Shown: piece by piece, positions 41,136-55,191 of the stretch
Numbering within the stretch: position 1 is the stretch's first letter
Layout of the letters: every line of letters begins with the position of its first letter
Assembly (NCBI GenBank): GCA_035221665.1
Contig: CM069146.1
Location: 10,230,001-10,294,000, forward strand
Direction of reading: 5' to 3'
Source: Okamejei kenojei
Taxonomy: Eukaryota
DNA: 64,000 nucleotides
Program-made: the position numbers and the translations under genes
The notes under the pieces: generated by a model
Databases searched by the model: none
Told to the model about the DNA's origin: nothing
The model's input: only the letters and a program-made list of their open reading frames with translations

Positions 41136-41828
41136 TGGGCCTGTCCCACTTAGGCGATTTTTCACCAGCTTCCTTCACCAGCCCGTTCTGCAGGCGGGGG
41201 ACAGGGCAAGCGGGGGAGCACTGTCTGAGTGAAATTCACACGGTGCAAAGCCAAGGTGATACAGACACACACCGCAATGAACAGGAAGGTTGGCGCTATA
41301 ATTAAGACGGCTAAGCACAGTGTACGGTAAGTCCTTTAAAAGAGGGGAGGGAGATGGGGGAGAAGGAGTGGGGACAACTTTTAAGAAGCCAGAGATACAC
41401 GGCTGTGAAGCTCGGCGGACATTTAACATTACCAGTCGATTATCCTTGGCTCTGAAAACTACTGCTTACGTTTTGTTTCCCAATGAGCCAATGAAATTCA
41501 TCGGTCAGCACTGGCTACAACCTACGAGAACCTTTGAGAACCTTCGACCTCCTGGCGACCCACTAGGATCTCCTGGCGACCCACCTGTGGCACTCGAATT
41601 CTCGCTACTCTCCATGGCGGCTTAATTCTAATCGCCGCTAATTTTTCAACATGTTGAAAATTTGCAGCAACCATAATGAGGCCGCGACTAGTTCCCAGAA
41701 TGCGGGAACTCCTCGCGACCATGAAGGCGACTCCCCGGCAACCGCCCGCGAACATGTGGCGACCATGTGGCGACCACTGCAAAGTCTCCTGCAGTCGCCT
41801 AAAAAGTCGCCCAAGTGGGACAGGCCCA
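41136..41828. mobile_element. PIF/Harbinger-type non-autonomous element
   Basis: TIRs TGGGCCTGTCCCACTTAGGCGA / TCGCCCAAGTGGGACAGGCCCA; TAA TSD; internal palindrome TTTTCAACATGTTGAAAA. Confidence 0.88.
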
Positions 41829-44232
41829 TAAGTCTTTATACCCTCTCCCAGTCAACACCAGTCTAATCCACCTGTCTTCTCTTGGTCCCCACTCTATTAC
41901 AGGCATTCTCTTTGTTGTCTCCCGCCCTCCCCCTTCCCTGGCAGTCAGTGAAACCTGAAAGGAGAACTCAGTTTCTCTCTCCACAGATGCTGCCTGACCT
42001 GTTGAGTATTGTATTTCCAACATTCGCTTTTTAAGTGTTGGTTTCCAGCAATTGCAACTCTTTGGTGTTTGGTATGCATCCTGACTAATCAAACAATTTT
42101 AATCAAAAAATGTAGCTACATTGTATAAACTATGCAGCCTTTAACTTGGGTTCACTCAGAATGAGCCTCAATTCATCTACAATATACAGAATAACTCAAA
42201 ACCAGTTCAATATTTGCCAACCTGCCAAATCTAATCTTAATTTCAGCATGCAGCCCATATAAACATTGTTCAGAAAGTTGGGTCGTGTGATTGGCAAACC
42301 TTAAGACAGTGAGTTAGCTGAAAAGCTGTGACAGGCCACTTCAGCTGTCAAAAAGGTTGAATATTACAATCAAAAACATCCAAACAATAAAATATTCTAT
42401 ATTAAAAAAATGTAATGAACCAAATCAAAAGCTAATAATATATTGAACTGACATTTAAATCAACTTAACTAAATTAGATCATTAAATTACTTTTTTTAAT
42501 AAAGCAATTAGAAATAATTAAAACATTAAACCAAATCAAAATAATTAGGAAAAACATTATTGTGCCATTTCCACTGTCTTCTCATCTACAGACATAGAAT
42601 TTCCACTGAAATCAATCAAATCTCAGGCCCTGGGGCAGACCTGAGATTTATTTAACGTCAAATGGCAGAACATTGGTTTACCTTGAAACTCACAGCATAA
42701 GAAGTCTGGCTTATTGATGAGATTATTTTTGATCACTATCACTTCCTCTTTTTTCTTTTATTTTGTTCCATTCCTTTTTTCCGCATCACACTTACAAATT
42801 CTCCCCAGTGTGCCTCCTTGCAATGTGTGCTATCACCCCGTCACACGGCCACCCACGTTTCAGATGTTATCACCAATTGCCACGTCTCGAGATCATAAGT
42901 TTGTAGGAGTGATGCCATTCGGCCCATCAAGTCTACTCTGCCATTCAATCATAGCTGATCTATCTCTCCCTCCTAACCCCATTCTCCTGCCTTCTCCAAA
43001 TAACCTCTGACACCCACAGGGAATTGCAGAGAGGACACCAAAAACTATCCATGTGACGTGAAACCGTGAAAATGAAGTGATAAATATCTCTCCTGGAGTG
43101 GGAAGATGCTGGGAGCAGCACATATTTGGGGACAGGTTGAAGTGTAGATTTGTGCTCAGGCCACCTGAGATGAGAGTGTGTCAATAGGCCAGAGGACAAA
43201 CTCAAGGAAGTGGTGGGGGAGAGAGGATGACAACAGAAAAACACCTTGACAGAGTGTTGTACAACTATGGAATTAATTCTCATGACTTGTGGTGCGGCTA
43301 ATATTCTGAAAGTATTAAAGATTAGAAAGGTAGATAGATTAGAAAGGTCGATAGGCACAGTGGTACAGCGCTGTTTTCTCAGTTTTCTCAGATAGGAACG
43401 GATACTGAACCATGACCAACGGATATATCTTTATGAAGTTTAAGAGAATAATTTATTCAATTATGTAAGTTGCTGTGTAGTGCAACATGTTACTGTTGTG
43501 GAGGTAAGTCATCCAGCCTATTCACAGATGACATCAAATGTTTTTCTCATGAACAATACCAATGAATGATTTGTGACTAGAAGCGGTTTAGGAATATTTA
43601 CAGATACTGATCTAGTTACTGGCCCACAAATTTATACTATTTAAAAGTAAGGACAAGCTAACAATAAGTGAAGCTCAATAAATCGCATGATGACTGAAAT
43701 TGTTGCTATTATTTGGTAAAAAATAACTAAATCAGCAAGAGAAAAAAAAACAAACCCGACTACAATGCACAAATGGGTTATTAGATATTACTTAATATCC
43801 TTATAGTTATAAGATACGAGTCTCATACAGTTCTGGAACTGGCACAAGTTTAATAATTGGAAATAATGTATGTCATGCTTTCCCCTGATTTAACAGTGCA
43901 TTCATTTGTTACTGTAAATAGAGCTATGAATGAGTCACATGTTGTGAAACCCTGAAGGTCAAGGGAATACATAGGAAGAGACAATTGTAAATCCTCTTGG
44001 CAGCGCAAAGTATTATATCCACAACTTTATCTCTTATCTCCATCAAAACTTGCGCAAATTGCTTTTTTCCTCTGAAAGGTATCTTACTCACTTGAGTTTG
44101 CCGATGACCTCTGGAAGATGCAACTTCTCTGTCTAATCATCAATTTGCAACCTAGATGGAGCCAAACTTTTTTCCAAAGAACAATACAGTCAAGAACAGT
44201 AGATGACGTGCGGATAAGAACAATTAACCTAC

Positions 44233-44475
44233 CAGTATCTTGGAAGTGTAAGCACTGTTGAGAGATATTGCGTTGACAAGAATGTCCAGAGATTTTGAAG
44301 GGAGGGCATCAGGGTCTGGAACTGCTTTATAATGGGCATCACATATATAAGCCTGCACAACAGTCATTCGGTTTGTGGTCAATGTGCCCGTTTTATCAGA
44401 GCAGATAGCCGTGGCATTGCCCATGGTTTCACAGGCATCCAAATGCCTCACCAGATTGTTGTCCTTCATCATTTT
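44233..44475 (-). CDS. ATP2B2: PMCA2 exon with the catalytic phosphorylation site ([33 protein letters not shown]...SKIL)
   Basis: ACCAG acceptor, CTG|GTAGGT donor, 243 nt, phase 0-0; DKTGT P-type ATPase signature. Confidence 0.98.
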
Positions 44476-44719
44476 CTGGTCAAAGAAAGCACAACAGATT
44501 AGTAAATAATTGCTCCCTTGAAATTAATATTTGTTGATATTTTTATGGCACAGACCTTTGAGAAATCCTCCTCTTCTCTGTGTTTACAGCTTCACCCACT
44601 CCCACCATCACCAATTCACTGGCTGAAAGAATGAGCAGTATGTTGCCATGGGCTTTAACATGCCTTAACTCTGCAGCTGAAAGAGCAAGTGGTGCCTAAA
44701 AAATAACCTGTTCTTTTCT

Positions 44720-44850
44720 GTGCAGGAAGGAGCTGTGGATACTGGTTTATACCAAAGATAGACACAAAGTGCTGGAGTAACACAGCGGGTCAGGCAGCAT
44801 CTTTGAAGAATAAGCGTGGGTGATGTTTCAGGTCGGAACCCTTCCTCAGG
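44720..44850 (-). mobile_element. PLE terminal-repeat fragment (degenerate hammerhead core)
   Basis: Same family motif; core reads CTGAGGAAGGGTTCCGACCTGAAACATC. Further short copies at about 30322-30392, 45900-46057, 59730-59842 and 61889-61925. Confidence 0.7.
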
Positions 44851-46939
44851 GTTTTCTTTTCTTCCCATTTGCAACTCATGAATACGAATTGTAAAATGTA
44901 AACTACACATTAATTTTCCAGCTCCTCCATTTAGATGAAGTTCCAGTCTACTGACTATGGCCCAAATTTACCTTAGCTTACCGAGTAAAACTGAGGCAGC
45001 AGTTGTGTAAAATCAGCATGGATACCACTCCTCCGGGACCTTTCAAGTGGGCTACCCGGGCAGAAATTTCATTATGAGATTCAACTTAGGGTGCACAGGC
45101 TAATTTACAGTAGCACATTCCAACCAAGTTTGTTGACAATTGTATGGAGCATGATAACATCATATTACCCACAGACTCAAATTTTAGTAGAAAATGAACT
45201 ACAGACGTTTAGAGAATATAGATGAATATATTTCACATCAATGTAATCATGAACAGACATTGATTAATTGATTCAATAATTATGGAAAATAGGTCCCACT
45301 GTGATGAAAACATGCACATTGAGTCTGCTTATTGCCTTACCAATAAAACAGACATAATAAACCCATCACATACTGTATTCTTCCTGCGGTAATGAATAAT
45401 AAGATTCCACAATAGTGGTGCTACCTTATTTTAAATTACAGATAAGAAACCAAATTTTGATTAATCACAATTGACAATCAGATTTAGAATGGTAACTGGA
45501 TTTTGTTTTGGATGAAAGAAAACCATCCTTAAAAAACGTTAGTAAATTGTTATTTTTATTGTATTGTGTATTGCTCCACACTTTATGGTACTAAAATGGA
45601 CTGATGAAATCCCAAGTCTTCTCTTGGGTTGTCAAATCAGGGATCAGTTCCAAAACATCATTGATCCCTTTACTGAAGCGTACAATGAAGACACAGCTTT
45701 TTCATCAACTTGATCCCCTGACTAAGATTCATGACAAGACCACAGACAAGATAGTTCACTTCCCATATATCTAGAGCCACCTAGATCAAACATTGTTGAA
45801 ATCCATCACCCTTTACAATCATCCAGTTAGTTCAGGCTCAGACCACATCTCTGGAGGACATGGATAGACTCATGAGGGAGGATCCCAACCTGCAACATCA
45901 CCTGAGGAAAGGTCTTGACCCAAAACTCCACCATTCTGAAGAAGTGTCCCATGTGCCTGGAAGACATAGCCAATCTGTCCTCCACAGCTGCCACCAGACC
46001 CGCTGAGTTACTCCAGTACTTTGCGTTCAATGCAAGATTTCAGCATCTGCAGTTCCCTCAAGGGCAGGATCATCCTACAGAAGAGGATTGGAAGACCAAG
46101 ACCTCAGTCCCAGCACCAAGCTCATGAACTATTGAGGAGCAGTGATCTCTGCTTTACTGTAAATTACAGAAACATGGTCCAACCAAAGCAATACCACCAA
46201 TGCTGCCTCCACAATATCCTCTGGATCCAATGGGAAGATGCATCTCAGTTTCTTCTCCCGCCATAAATGCTCTGCTGATGTTTATCCAGCATGGATATGA
46301 GCAAGGGTGGTAGTGGCAGAAGCAATTTCCAGGAAAACAAAGAGAATCCTTCAAGGAATTTCTCATTGAAAAAAATATAATATCGCACAGAGACATGGGA
46401 CTCCCTGCTCCAAGATTGCTAACACTGCTGGAGAAGCATCCCAGAGCATTTTGAATGTCTTGATAGGAGAACACAGAAGCCAAACAACCAACAGAAGGAG
46501 CGTGTACTAATCCAACCAACCCATCCCACAAGCACTACCTGCTCTATGTGTAGAGACTGCAGGCCACACATACTACTCATCAGTCAGGAATCAGTGGTGG
46601 AAGAGAGTTATCCTCAACCTTAAGAATGTCTATAAAGAATGTTTTTACACTTACAATGAAAGCACATTTCCATTTATAAGGTTTCATTATCAAACATACG
46701 AAATTGCAAACATTTTTACCCCTTTACAAATTTTGCAAAATATCTCAACCATTTCCTCAATTTTTCTTTCACGTTATTTCAGTCTCGTTCCTATCTATTT
46801 TAATATGACTGATTAAAAGCAACAACTCATTTGTAAATCCTCAAAACTAACCAGAAAAACAGAGACGATAAAGATAGTAAATTGCAAATTGACACTATTA
46901 GAAATTACTTTCCTAATGAACACCCATTAAGACACATTA

Positions 46940-47495
46940 TGGTCATAGAGTCTTTCAGTGTACAAAAATGCCCTTTGGCCCAACTTGCCCTCATCAGCCA
47001 GCATGTCCCATCTACACTAGTCCCACCAGCCTGCGTTTGGCCTATATCCCTTTAAATCTGATCATAAGATCACAAAATCATGTGATAAGAGCAGAATTAG
47101 CCCATTTGGTCCATCAAGTCCACTCCGCCATTCAATCATGACTGAACTATCTCTCCCTCCTAACCCCATTACCTCTGACCCCCGTACTATTTAAAAATCT
47201 ATCTATTTCTGCCATTACTATATCTGCTGACCACAGCCTTCTGTGGCAATGAATTCCACAGTTTCACCACCCTCCGACTAAAGAAATTCGTCCTCATCTC
47301 CTTCCTAAAAAAAGTCCTTTAATTCTGAGGCTATGATCTCAGGTCCTAGATTCTCCCACTAGTGGAAACATCCTCTCCACATCCACTCTATCCTAACCTT
47401 TCACTATTCTGTACGTTTCAATGAGGTCCCCCCTCATTCTTTTAAACTCCAGCAAGTATAGGCAGAGTGCCATCAAACGTTCATCATACGTTAAC
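46940..47495 (-). mobile_element. CR1/HER1-type LINE 3' ends just downstream of the TM3-TM4 exon
   Basis: Reverse-complement HER1 tail and RT end. Confidence 0.85.
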
Positions 47496-47555
47496 ATTGA
47501 TCTGCAACAATATTTTTTCAAATTTATCGAAGAACACATGCAAATATATTCCTAC

Positions 47556-47770
47556 CTTCACAGAGTAGGCAAGGGAGATGGTGACAGCAAGTGGGAGACC
47601 CTCTGGGACAGCCACAACTAGTACAGTGACACCAATAATGAAGAATTTAACAAAGAATTGGATGTAGACTGGAGTGCATTCAGGCAGCCACTGCAGCTTT
47701 TGAATCACAAAAGTATCGATGGCAAAGTATAACACAAGGATAATAACTGTGATTGCCGACATTACCAATC
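47556..47770 (-). CDS. ATP2B2: PMCA2 exon encoding TM3-TM4 ([11 protein letters not shown]...[21 protein letters not shown])
   Basis: TTTTTTCAG acceptor, AAG|GTAGGA donor, 215 nt; PEGL Ca2+-binding motif of P2-type ATPases. Confidence 0.98.
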
Positions 47771-49159
47771 CTGAAAAAAAATTAAATAAATACTGTCAAC
47801 GTGTTGACATTACATTTGACATTTTCACAGGGAGGTTTATTGCAGACAAAATTAGAAGGTGTAACTGACATTCAGCAGGACTGCAAAATATTTTAAGAAA
47901 GCTTGCAAATAAGTTAGCAGAATGTGCAGGCGGGTGGCTATTGTTATTTTATATCACAGTTGAAGGTATTATATTCTGGGAGATTAAACACAAGGGATGA
48001 GGTTAATTCAATTAATATAAAGACACCAAAGAGTGTGGGTGAACAGAGTAACCTCGAAATCAAATGCAGTTCCCTGAAAGGGAGGTGCATGCAAAGACAA
48101 GATTAGTTTATTTTACATGAGGCCAATGTGGAAACCTAGCAGAATTTGCTTCAAGATAGTTCACGTTAAGCCTTCGTGTGTTGTAGACCTGCCATCAAAG
48201 TTACTCCTCATTCTCAAGGCAAGATCCATGGACATTCCCTCTGGAATGTTATGACTTCTATCTCTGATTGAACTCAGTTTGTCAAATTCCACTATTTTGG
48301 GTTACTATGGTTTTTTGTCTTTCAAAAGCAGCATCTTTGAAAAGTGATTGAAATGTTGACTAATTAGAATATATGCTTTGAAATAACAGCATTCCCATTC
48401 TTTTACCCCATAACCTTAATACTCTTGCTTTCCCTAATGCCCTACCTTCGTAATTATATATTTTCATAAGATCATGTGAAAGGAGCAGAATTTGGCCATT
48501 TGGCCCATCGAGTCTACCTCGCCATTCAATCATGGCTGATCTATCTTTCCCTCTCAACCCCATTCTCCTGCCTGCTCCCCGTACCCCTGGCACCCATACC
48601 AATCAAGAATCTATTTATCTCTGCCTTACAAAATCCATTGACAGCCTTCCTTTAACTACTTCTGGGTGGTTGCCAATCCTGCATGTTATTCGGTTAAAAG
48701 ATCTATATTGTTGTTCTCTTATTTAGGTGGAATTTTTTTGTGAACTTTTTTTTTTCTGGGGAAATTGACTGAATCAAAGTGCAATAAATGGAACTGAATT
48801 AAATGCATCTCTGTCGGTACATTTCACTTGGATGATAGCAGGATAAAGACCACTATAAGATGTATTGAGCATTGCTGAGTGGGCCTTAAAGTTCTAACCA
48901 CACTGTTCAAATAAGGCTTGTTTTGAAAGGATCTCATCAACAAATTATATCACAGCAGTTCAACTGCGTCAGGGATATTCCACCATTAATAGTGTGAAAC
49001 TCGTCGGTAGACAATATGGCTGCGAGAACAGGCTATTTGAAAGATTGCCTGAAGATTCCCCTGATTTAGCGAAGACTTCCTTCCATCCTATCAACATTGC
49101 AGTTTTTCCGATTTTACGTTGTCGGAATTAATAGTTCCCTGAATTGGCAAAAGGCTCAC

Positions 49160-49324
49160 CCGCTTTCCCTATCTGCACCGCCAGCTTGGTGAGTTTCCCC
49201 TGCAGCACAGACTTCTCCTTCTTGGCAGAGCCCCCCTTCTTCTTCTCCTTCTCTTCTCCATCGCCTCCTTCTGCGCTCTTCAGAGGCTGCATTTCCATGG
49301 CAGCTGCACCATCTTGTTTCTTGG
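49160..49324 (-). CDS. ATP2B2: PMCA2 constitutive exon (acidic-phospholipid-binding region), [21 protein letters not shown]...[19 protein letters not shown]
   Basis: TTTAG acceptor, G|GTGAGC donor, 165 nt; canonical PMCA sequence. Confidence 0.97.
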
Positions 49325-50927
49325 CTAAATGCAAACAAATTAAAAGAAAGCCAGTCAAAAATAATTTCAATGCAAACATTGTGGAGCCTTCATTAATCCC
49401 AAGTGCCTCAGGTCTCATCAAGCTCTTAATATCAATTTTCCTTTTCTGTGCTATCCAGAAGATGATTTATTTCCAAATCTCCAAAACTAACATTTAGAAA
49501 TAAAGCCATGAGTTAAAAATCTAAAGGACATTGTACTGTTCAATTTTAGTTTATTAAAATGGATAGACAAATAATGAAAGAAGTATGTGGCCAAACACAC
49601 CATCCTTATAGGAACAGACCTCTCCTTTTCAGAACCAGGCTGGTTAGCAGTCATTGGTCAGGTATTGCTGGAGTTGCAGGGGAAGCTGCCTCAATTGACA
49701 GGAGATATAAATTCACACATGGTCAAAATAATAAATCAGCTCTTCGAGGCCTTGGAGATCCCCCTTTCCCCATTGACATCAATATTTTAAGCATATCTTA
49801 GATTATTGACATGCATACCTAATACAGCTGGGCACCAACATTTTGGCACAAGTTGCCAGAATAAATGACAGTGGAGAAAGTCTGGGGCATTGACCACTCC
49901 CCTACCAGCACTCCATTCTTCTCTGGGTTGCCGGGAAGTAAAACCTCCACCAAATTATTTTAATCCACCGGATCTGTTATTGTCATTCTGCTAACCTTTT
50001 CCAATGCTTAAACAATAGGGTTGTGTTACATTCAGAAATTGATTCAGACAAAGTAATGATGGGGCTGATATGCTGTGCCATAAGCAATGCAGAATAAGAC
50101 ATCAGATCATTCTTTGCATTCTCACTCCTCACATATATAGTGAGGTCAGCTGTTGACTAAAAAAAACACCCACATTCACTGTGAAAAACAGATGACACCA
50201 TTTGGCATAGTTTCTTAAGCAGCTTTGTAAGATTTAGCTGGTTTCAATAGCAACAATCCATGAACCATTCTTATTACAAATGTATGTTCACATGTTCCAA
50301 TTTCACTGTAAACATATTTATCTTATTCTTCTCCCATTCTTTAAGTTGCTCCTTCTAATAGTCTTCGATAAAAACGGTGAAAAGATCTGTGCCTAGTTCT
50401 CTGTTTCCTGCCTGGATCATCGGTTTGATGATGCAGCAAGGTGGAGTGGGCTGCCAAATTTAGCTATATTTTCACCTTTTTCTGTGGGACGCTAACTTCC
50501 ACTGTGCACTTCATCCTGATAAATTTGTAAGATTAGGATTCCATCATTCATTAATGACGGAAATAATACAAGCACAAGTATTTGCGTGCTTTTGCAAAGT
50601 GATATTTATAGGAAATTCCAAAGTGCAACATTTTGAGAATATTGGCCAAAGCAGGTTAAAATGATAGACAGTGGAGATGAAATGCATCTTACAGTCTCAA
50701 AACATTGTAGGATTCCTAACAAGATCAAGTTGAGGGAGGATGTAGCACCATATGTATTTGCAACATAAATGAAAGATAAATACCCTGTATGAAAATAATT
50801 GCAAAGTGTTAGTAAATAACTGTTCTGTGGTTAATTTATTTTTAAAGGGGATCATCTAAACTATGTGGCAGCAAGATCAGTGTAGAATACACAATAAGAT
50901 TGCCTGACTGTTGAGAAGTATTGTTAC

Positions 50928-50969
50928 CTTTATTCTGGCTGTTCTCCATATTCCCATCCTGCAACTTGC
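50928..50969 (-). CDS. ATP2B2: PMCA2 splice-site-A cassette exon 3 (42 nt), (G)KLQDGNMENSQNK(A)
   Basis: Long U/UG-rich tract plus CATAG acceptor; G|GTAACA donor; 42 nt; similar to PMCA2 GKMQDGNVDASQSK. Confidence 0.93.
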
Positions 50970-51371
50970 CTATGATGAAAAAGTACAGCAAACAAAACAG
51001 AAACAAACAGTGAAGAGTCACAACAGGGACAACATACAGCATACATTGCAACCAAAATTAACAAAAAATGGAAGACACAACAGACAAACCTTCATCGATT
51101 TCAATGATCACAAACTCAGTAACGGTTTATGCAGCAATTGTACAAGATAAAAATAAAAAAGATCACAATAACAAAGATATCCAAACACATTACTCAGGAG
51201 TAATTAAGTACAGTGTATTTGTTATGGAGACCCCCACCAAAAAAGTTGACCATCTCTTCTTAACCTTGCCATTTTGGTCTTGTAGATTGACTTCAAATTA
51301 GATACATTAAGGGAATGAAGTATTTTAATTCATCTTCCTTGATGAATTTATTGTTAAATGTCACTTCAAAG

Positions 51372-52353
51372 AAACATCGAAACATAGAAAATAGGTGCAG
51401 GAGGAGGCCGTTCGGCCCTTCGAGCCAGCACCGCCATTCATTGTAATCATGGCTGATCGTCTGCTATCAATAACCCGTGCCTGCCTTCTCCCCATATCCC
51501 TTGACTCCATGAGCCCCTAGAGTTCTATCCAACTCTCTCTTAAATCCATCCAGTGATTTGGCCTCCACTGCCTTCTGTGGCAGGGAATTCCATAAATTCA
51601 CAACTCTCTGGGTAGAAAAGTTTTTTCTCACCTCAGTCTTAAATGACCTCCCCTTTATTCTAAGACTGTGGCCCCTGCTTCTGGACTCACCCAACATTGG
51701 GAACATTTTACCTGCATCTAGCATGTCCAGTACTTTTATAATTTTATATGTTTCTATAAGATTCCCCTCATCCTTCTAAACTCCAGTGAATACAAGCATA
51801 GTCTTTTCAATCTTTCCTCATATGACATTCCCGCCATCCCAGGGATCAGTCTCGTGAACCTACGCTGCACTGCCTCAATCACACAGATGTCCTTCGTCAA
51901 ATTAGGAGACCAAAACTGTACACAATACTCCAAATGTGGTCTCCCCAGAGCCCTATACAACTGAAGAAGAACCTCTTTACCCCTATACTGAAATCCTCTT
52001 GTTATGATGGCCAACATTCCATTAGCTTTCTTCACTGCCTGCTGTACCTGCACGCCAACTTTCAGTGACTGGTGTACAAGGACACCCAGGTCTCGCTGTA
52101 TCTCCCCCTTACCTAACCTAACCCCATTGAGATAATAATCTGCCCCCTTGTTTTTGCCGCCAAAGTGGATAACCTCACATTTATCTACATTATACTGCAT
52201 CTGCCCCGCATCTGCCCACTCACTCAACCTGTCCAGGTCACCCTGCAACCTCCTAACATCCTCTTCACAGTTCACACTGCCACCCGGCTTTGTGTCATCC
52301 GCAAACTTGCTAGTGTTGCTCCTAATTCCCTCTTCCAAATCATTAATATATAT
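51372..52353 (-). mobile_element. CR1/HER1-type LINE, about 1 kb 3' fragment
   Basis: ORFs 51754-52338 (KFADDTK...LQGDLDRLSEWA) and 51467-51724, separated by a frameshift; (TTTCTATG)-type tail. Confidence 0.93.
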
Positions 52354-55191
52354 GGTTCAATATCATTGCAGATTAAAAGTTCAATTCTATACTCAGATGA
52401 AATGTATGTCTCCAAGAACTTGTGTTCATTTGTTGGGCTTTAAACCAATTTCACTATGTTCTTGTTTGAATTTCCCAGTTGGAGTTTGCTTCTGTAACAT
52501 CCATAAAGTTAAACCAGTTTATACTGACTCATGTCAAACCCAAATAACGTAACCTGTTTCAAATACTGCTGATAACTCTCACATAAAGAATCAAAATGGC
52601 AGATTGTTGCCAACAATGTCTTGCCTAATTGGCATTAATGTTTATAGGATGCCCATCAAGGCAGTGTGGGGTTTTACTTCTGACAGTTTGTCATATTTAC
52701 TCTGCGTTTCGTCACTTCAATAAGAAAGTAACTGAAATTTGTAAGCTACTCTTTTTGCACCGTAAGCGAAGAGAAAAAAATAGAAAGTTGGTGAATTAAC
52801 AGTTTGAGGACAAGCATACATTGTTGAGAATTTGGTTTGCAGATCTGATATCGAGAATGATTTAATTTCTCGCATACATGATATTTATTTCATAGAATTA
52901 TCGATCCTGGTTCTAAAACATTAAGGGCTTGTTATGGAAATGAGCAAGTGATAATGGTCAATTATATTTTAGTTTATCCACACCAGAAGAAGAATTACAA
53001 ACAACTTGGTTATGTGCTGTTGGCAACACATAACCACACTGCAGAAATATAATTGAGGTGAATAATCATCCTCTTCATCATTAGGATCTTGCATTTTTGA
53101 AAAATGCACTGATGTTTTAGATTACCTTTCAAATACAGTAGGACATGCAGAATTAATAGATCCTTGTTGGTATGAACTTTGTTGTTTTCTCCAAATAAAT
53201 CTCAAATTTAATGATCTTAAAAGTGAAGTTGATCAAGCAAATCTGCTTTTATATTTATTGGGATATTGTGCAAAATCATAAAGCTCTTGGATTGAAGTGA
53301 ACCATTTAACCGTACAATAAGTTTCAATCCTGACCTCAACATTATCTCTCCAAAAGAAAAACATATCGAGAAGTTGCATCATTTCCAGATTTTAAAAAGT
53401 CACAAAAAATAATGTAAATGTATGCACTATACCAGGCTTGTATGCTGACCAACAAAAATTTAAACCAACAATGCAAAAGCTTAGTCAAAGTTGGCAGATG
53501 TTTTGTGAAGATGAATTATACACTACAAGTCAAAATATTCCAACGGGTACAGGTCAACTAAAAGTTAAAATGTGCCTTTTTGTATAAAATTGATTTAATG
53601 ATTGTAAAATCTCTAAATATTAGAGATCGGCACTGTCATGGTACATATTCAAAACGGATCTATGCTAATAGAGCTTTTAGTTATCAATTATCAATTTATT
53701 GTTATCAATTATTTATCAATTATTTTTATCAGTGACCAATTACTTTAATTTGTTTACTAACCCTAGTATTTGTTTTGTGGGACGTTTTATGGTCTCTCTC
53801 CTTCAGAGGCCCTAAATCAAAATCCATGTTTTAAAATAAAACTTCAAATAACTCAATTGAGATTCCAATGGGATTAATTGGATTGAAGCTAAATCTCGAC
53901 AAGCATGAGACTCAGGATCTAAGTAGTCCAAGTAATTAATTAGTCAACATTCTGTAAACAATCTTTAAAGTCTAATTGGACCTAAAGTCATCTTTATTTG
54001 GTCATCAAAAACATCCAAAACAACTTGCGTCTAAGGAACTATCAATGGCTTCACATTCAATGTACAGATCGTTCAATCTACCAGATAGGACTGCACTCAC
54101 CTGCTGCCATTCCTATCAATCCAGTCACAGCTGGAGAAACAATAACAATGATTTCTCTTCCCGCAAATGCATTGTTTCCTTTGGGTTTTAGCCATTCCAT
54201 TCCCCATTCTTTCAATGAGGATCTATTCCTCACTTCCTCCTGTTTCATATCTACATGCTGTCCTTCAAATATGCGACCTTAGAAAATCTCATCAGCTTCA
54301 CTGATTTTGACAATGGCACTCACTTTTACCTCATCTATCCACCTCTTAACTTCCCTTTCAAAGTGCCATGGATTCTGACTTCCACCTGGCTGGGAAGTAA
54401 CATCTCCTAGCTCTGCTTGCCTCAGCTGCTGAAACCCTCATCCACTCCTCCAGACAACTTTTCCAGTGCACACATAGCTAACCTCCTCAGATTTACCTTC
54501 TATTAACTAGAAGTCATCCAGAACCCTAATGCCTATATTCTTCTCAAATAATGTTCCAATAATTCTGTGCTTGCTAACCAAATTGGCTTTTTGTTAAGGA
54601 ACAGTTTGATTTTGAAAAGCCTACCCTTATTGTCAATACATTAATTGCCTTCCTTCTCATCTCTGTTGTCTCCTTCAGGCCCTGTAACCCCAGATGTAAC
54701 TAGACTCTCCTAATTCTGGCCCCCAGACACCATACCCAAATTAATTCCTTCAACCGTACAGCTATTCTTTCAGATGCTGAGTTCATAAACTCTTGAATTT
54801 TCTTCCTGAATCCCTCTGATATTGTCCCCTTTGCTTCCTTTAGGATTCTTCCAAGAACCTCTTTTTTTGTTCTAGATTTAAATGCCTCACTCATCACCTG
54901 GATATCGATATTTTGTTCAGTTCTGTTCCTTGCACTACTCTGGGCATTCTAGTTATATCAAAAATACGTTACAAACATAGCTTGCTGCAGCACTCCATCT
55001 ATCTATGGTATAACAAAAGGTAACAATGTACATCAGACAATGCTAAGGCTTTCCTTGTACCCTGAAAGAGAAAGATTGAATGTAGACCCCTCCAATAAGT
55101 GCAACGATGAACGATGTGTAAATACAACTGCATGTGCAAAATATGATCTGCTTAAAGTATCGCTAATTAAAAAGTCACATTTGCATTCTTA

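Noticed and set aside
49160-49324. Assignment to ATP2B1, ATP2B3 or ATP2B4
   Set aside because: This exon alone is ambiguous, but the 33- and 60-nt site-A exons are PMCA2-specific
51467-52338. Functional reverse transcriptase gene
   Set aside because: 5'-truncated, frameshifted CR1 copy
53680-53735. TTATCAA repeats as regulatory array
   Set aside because: Best explained as low-complexity slippage
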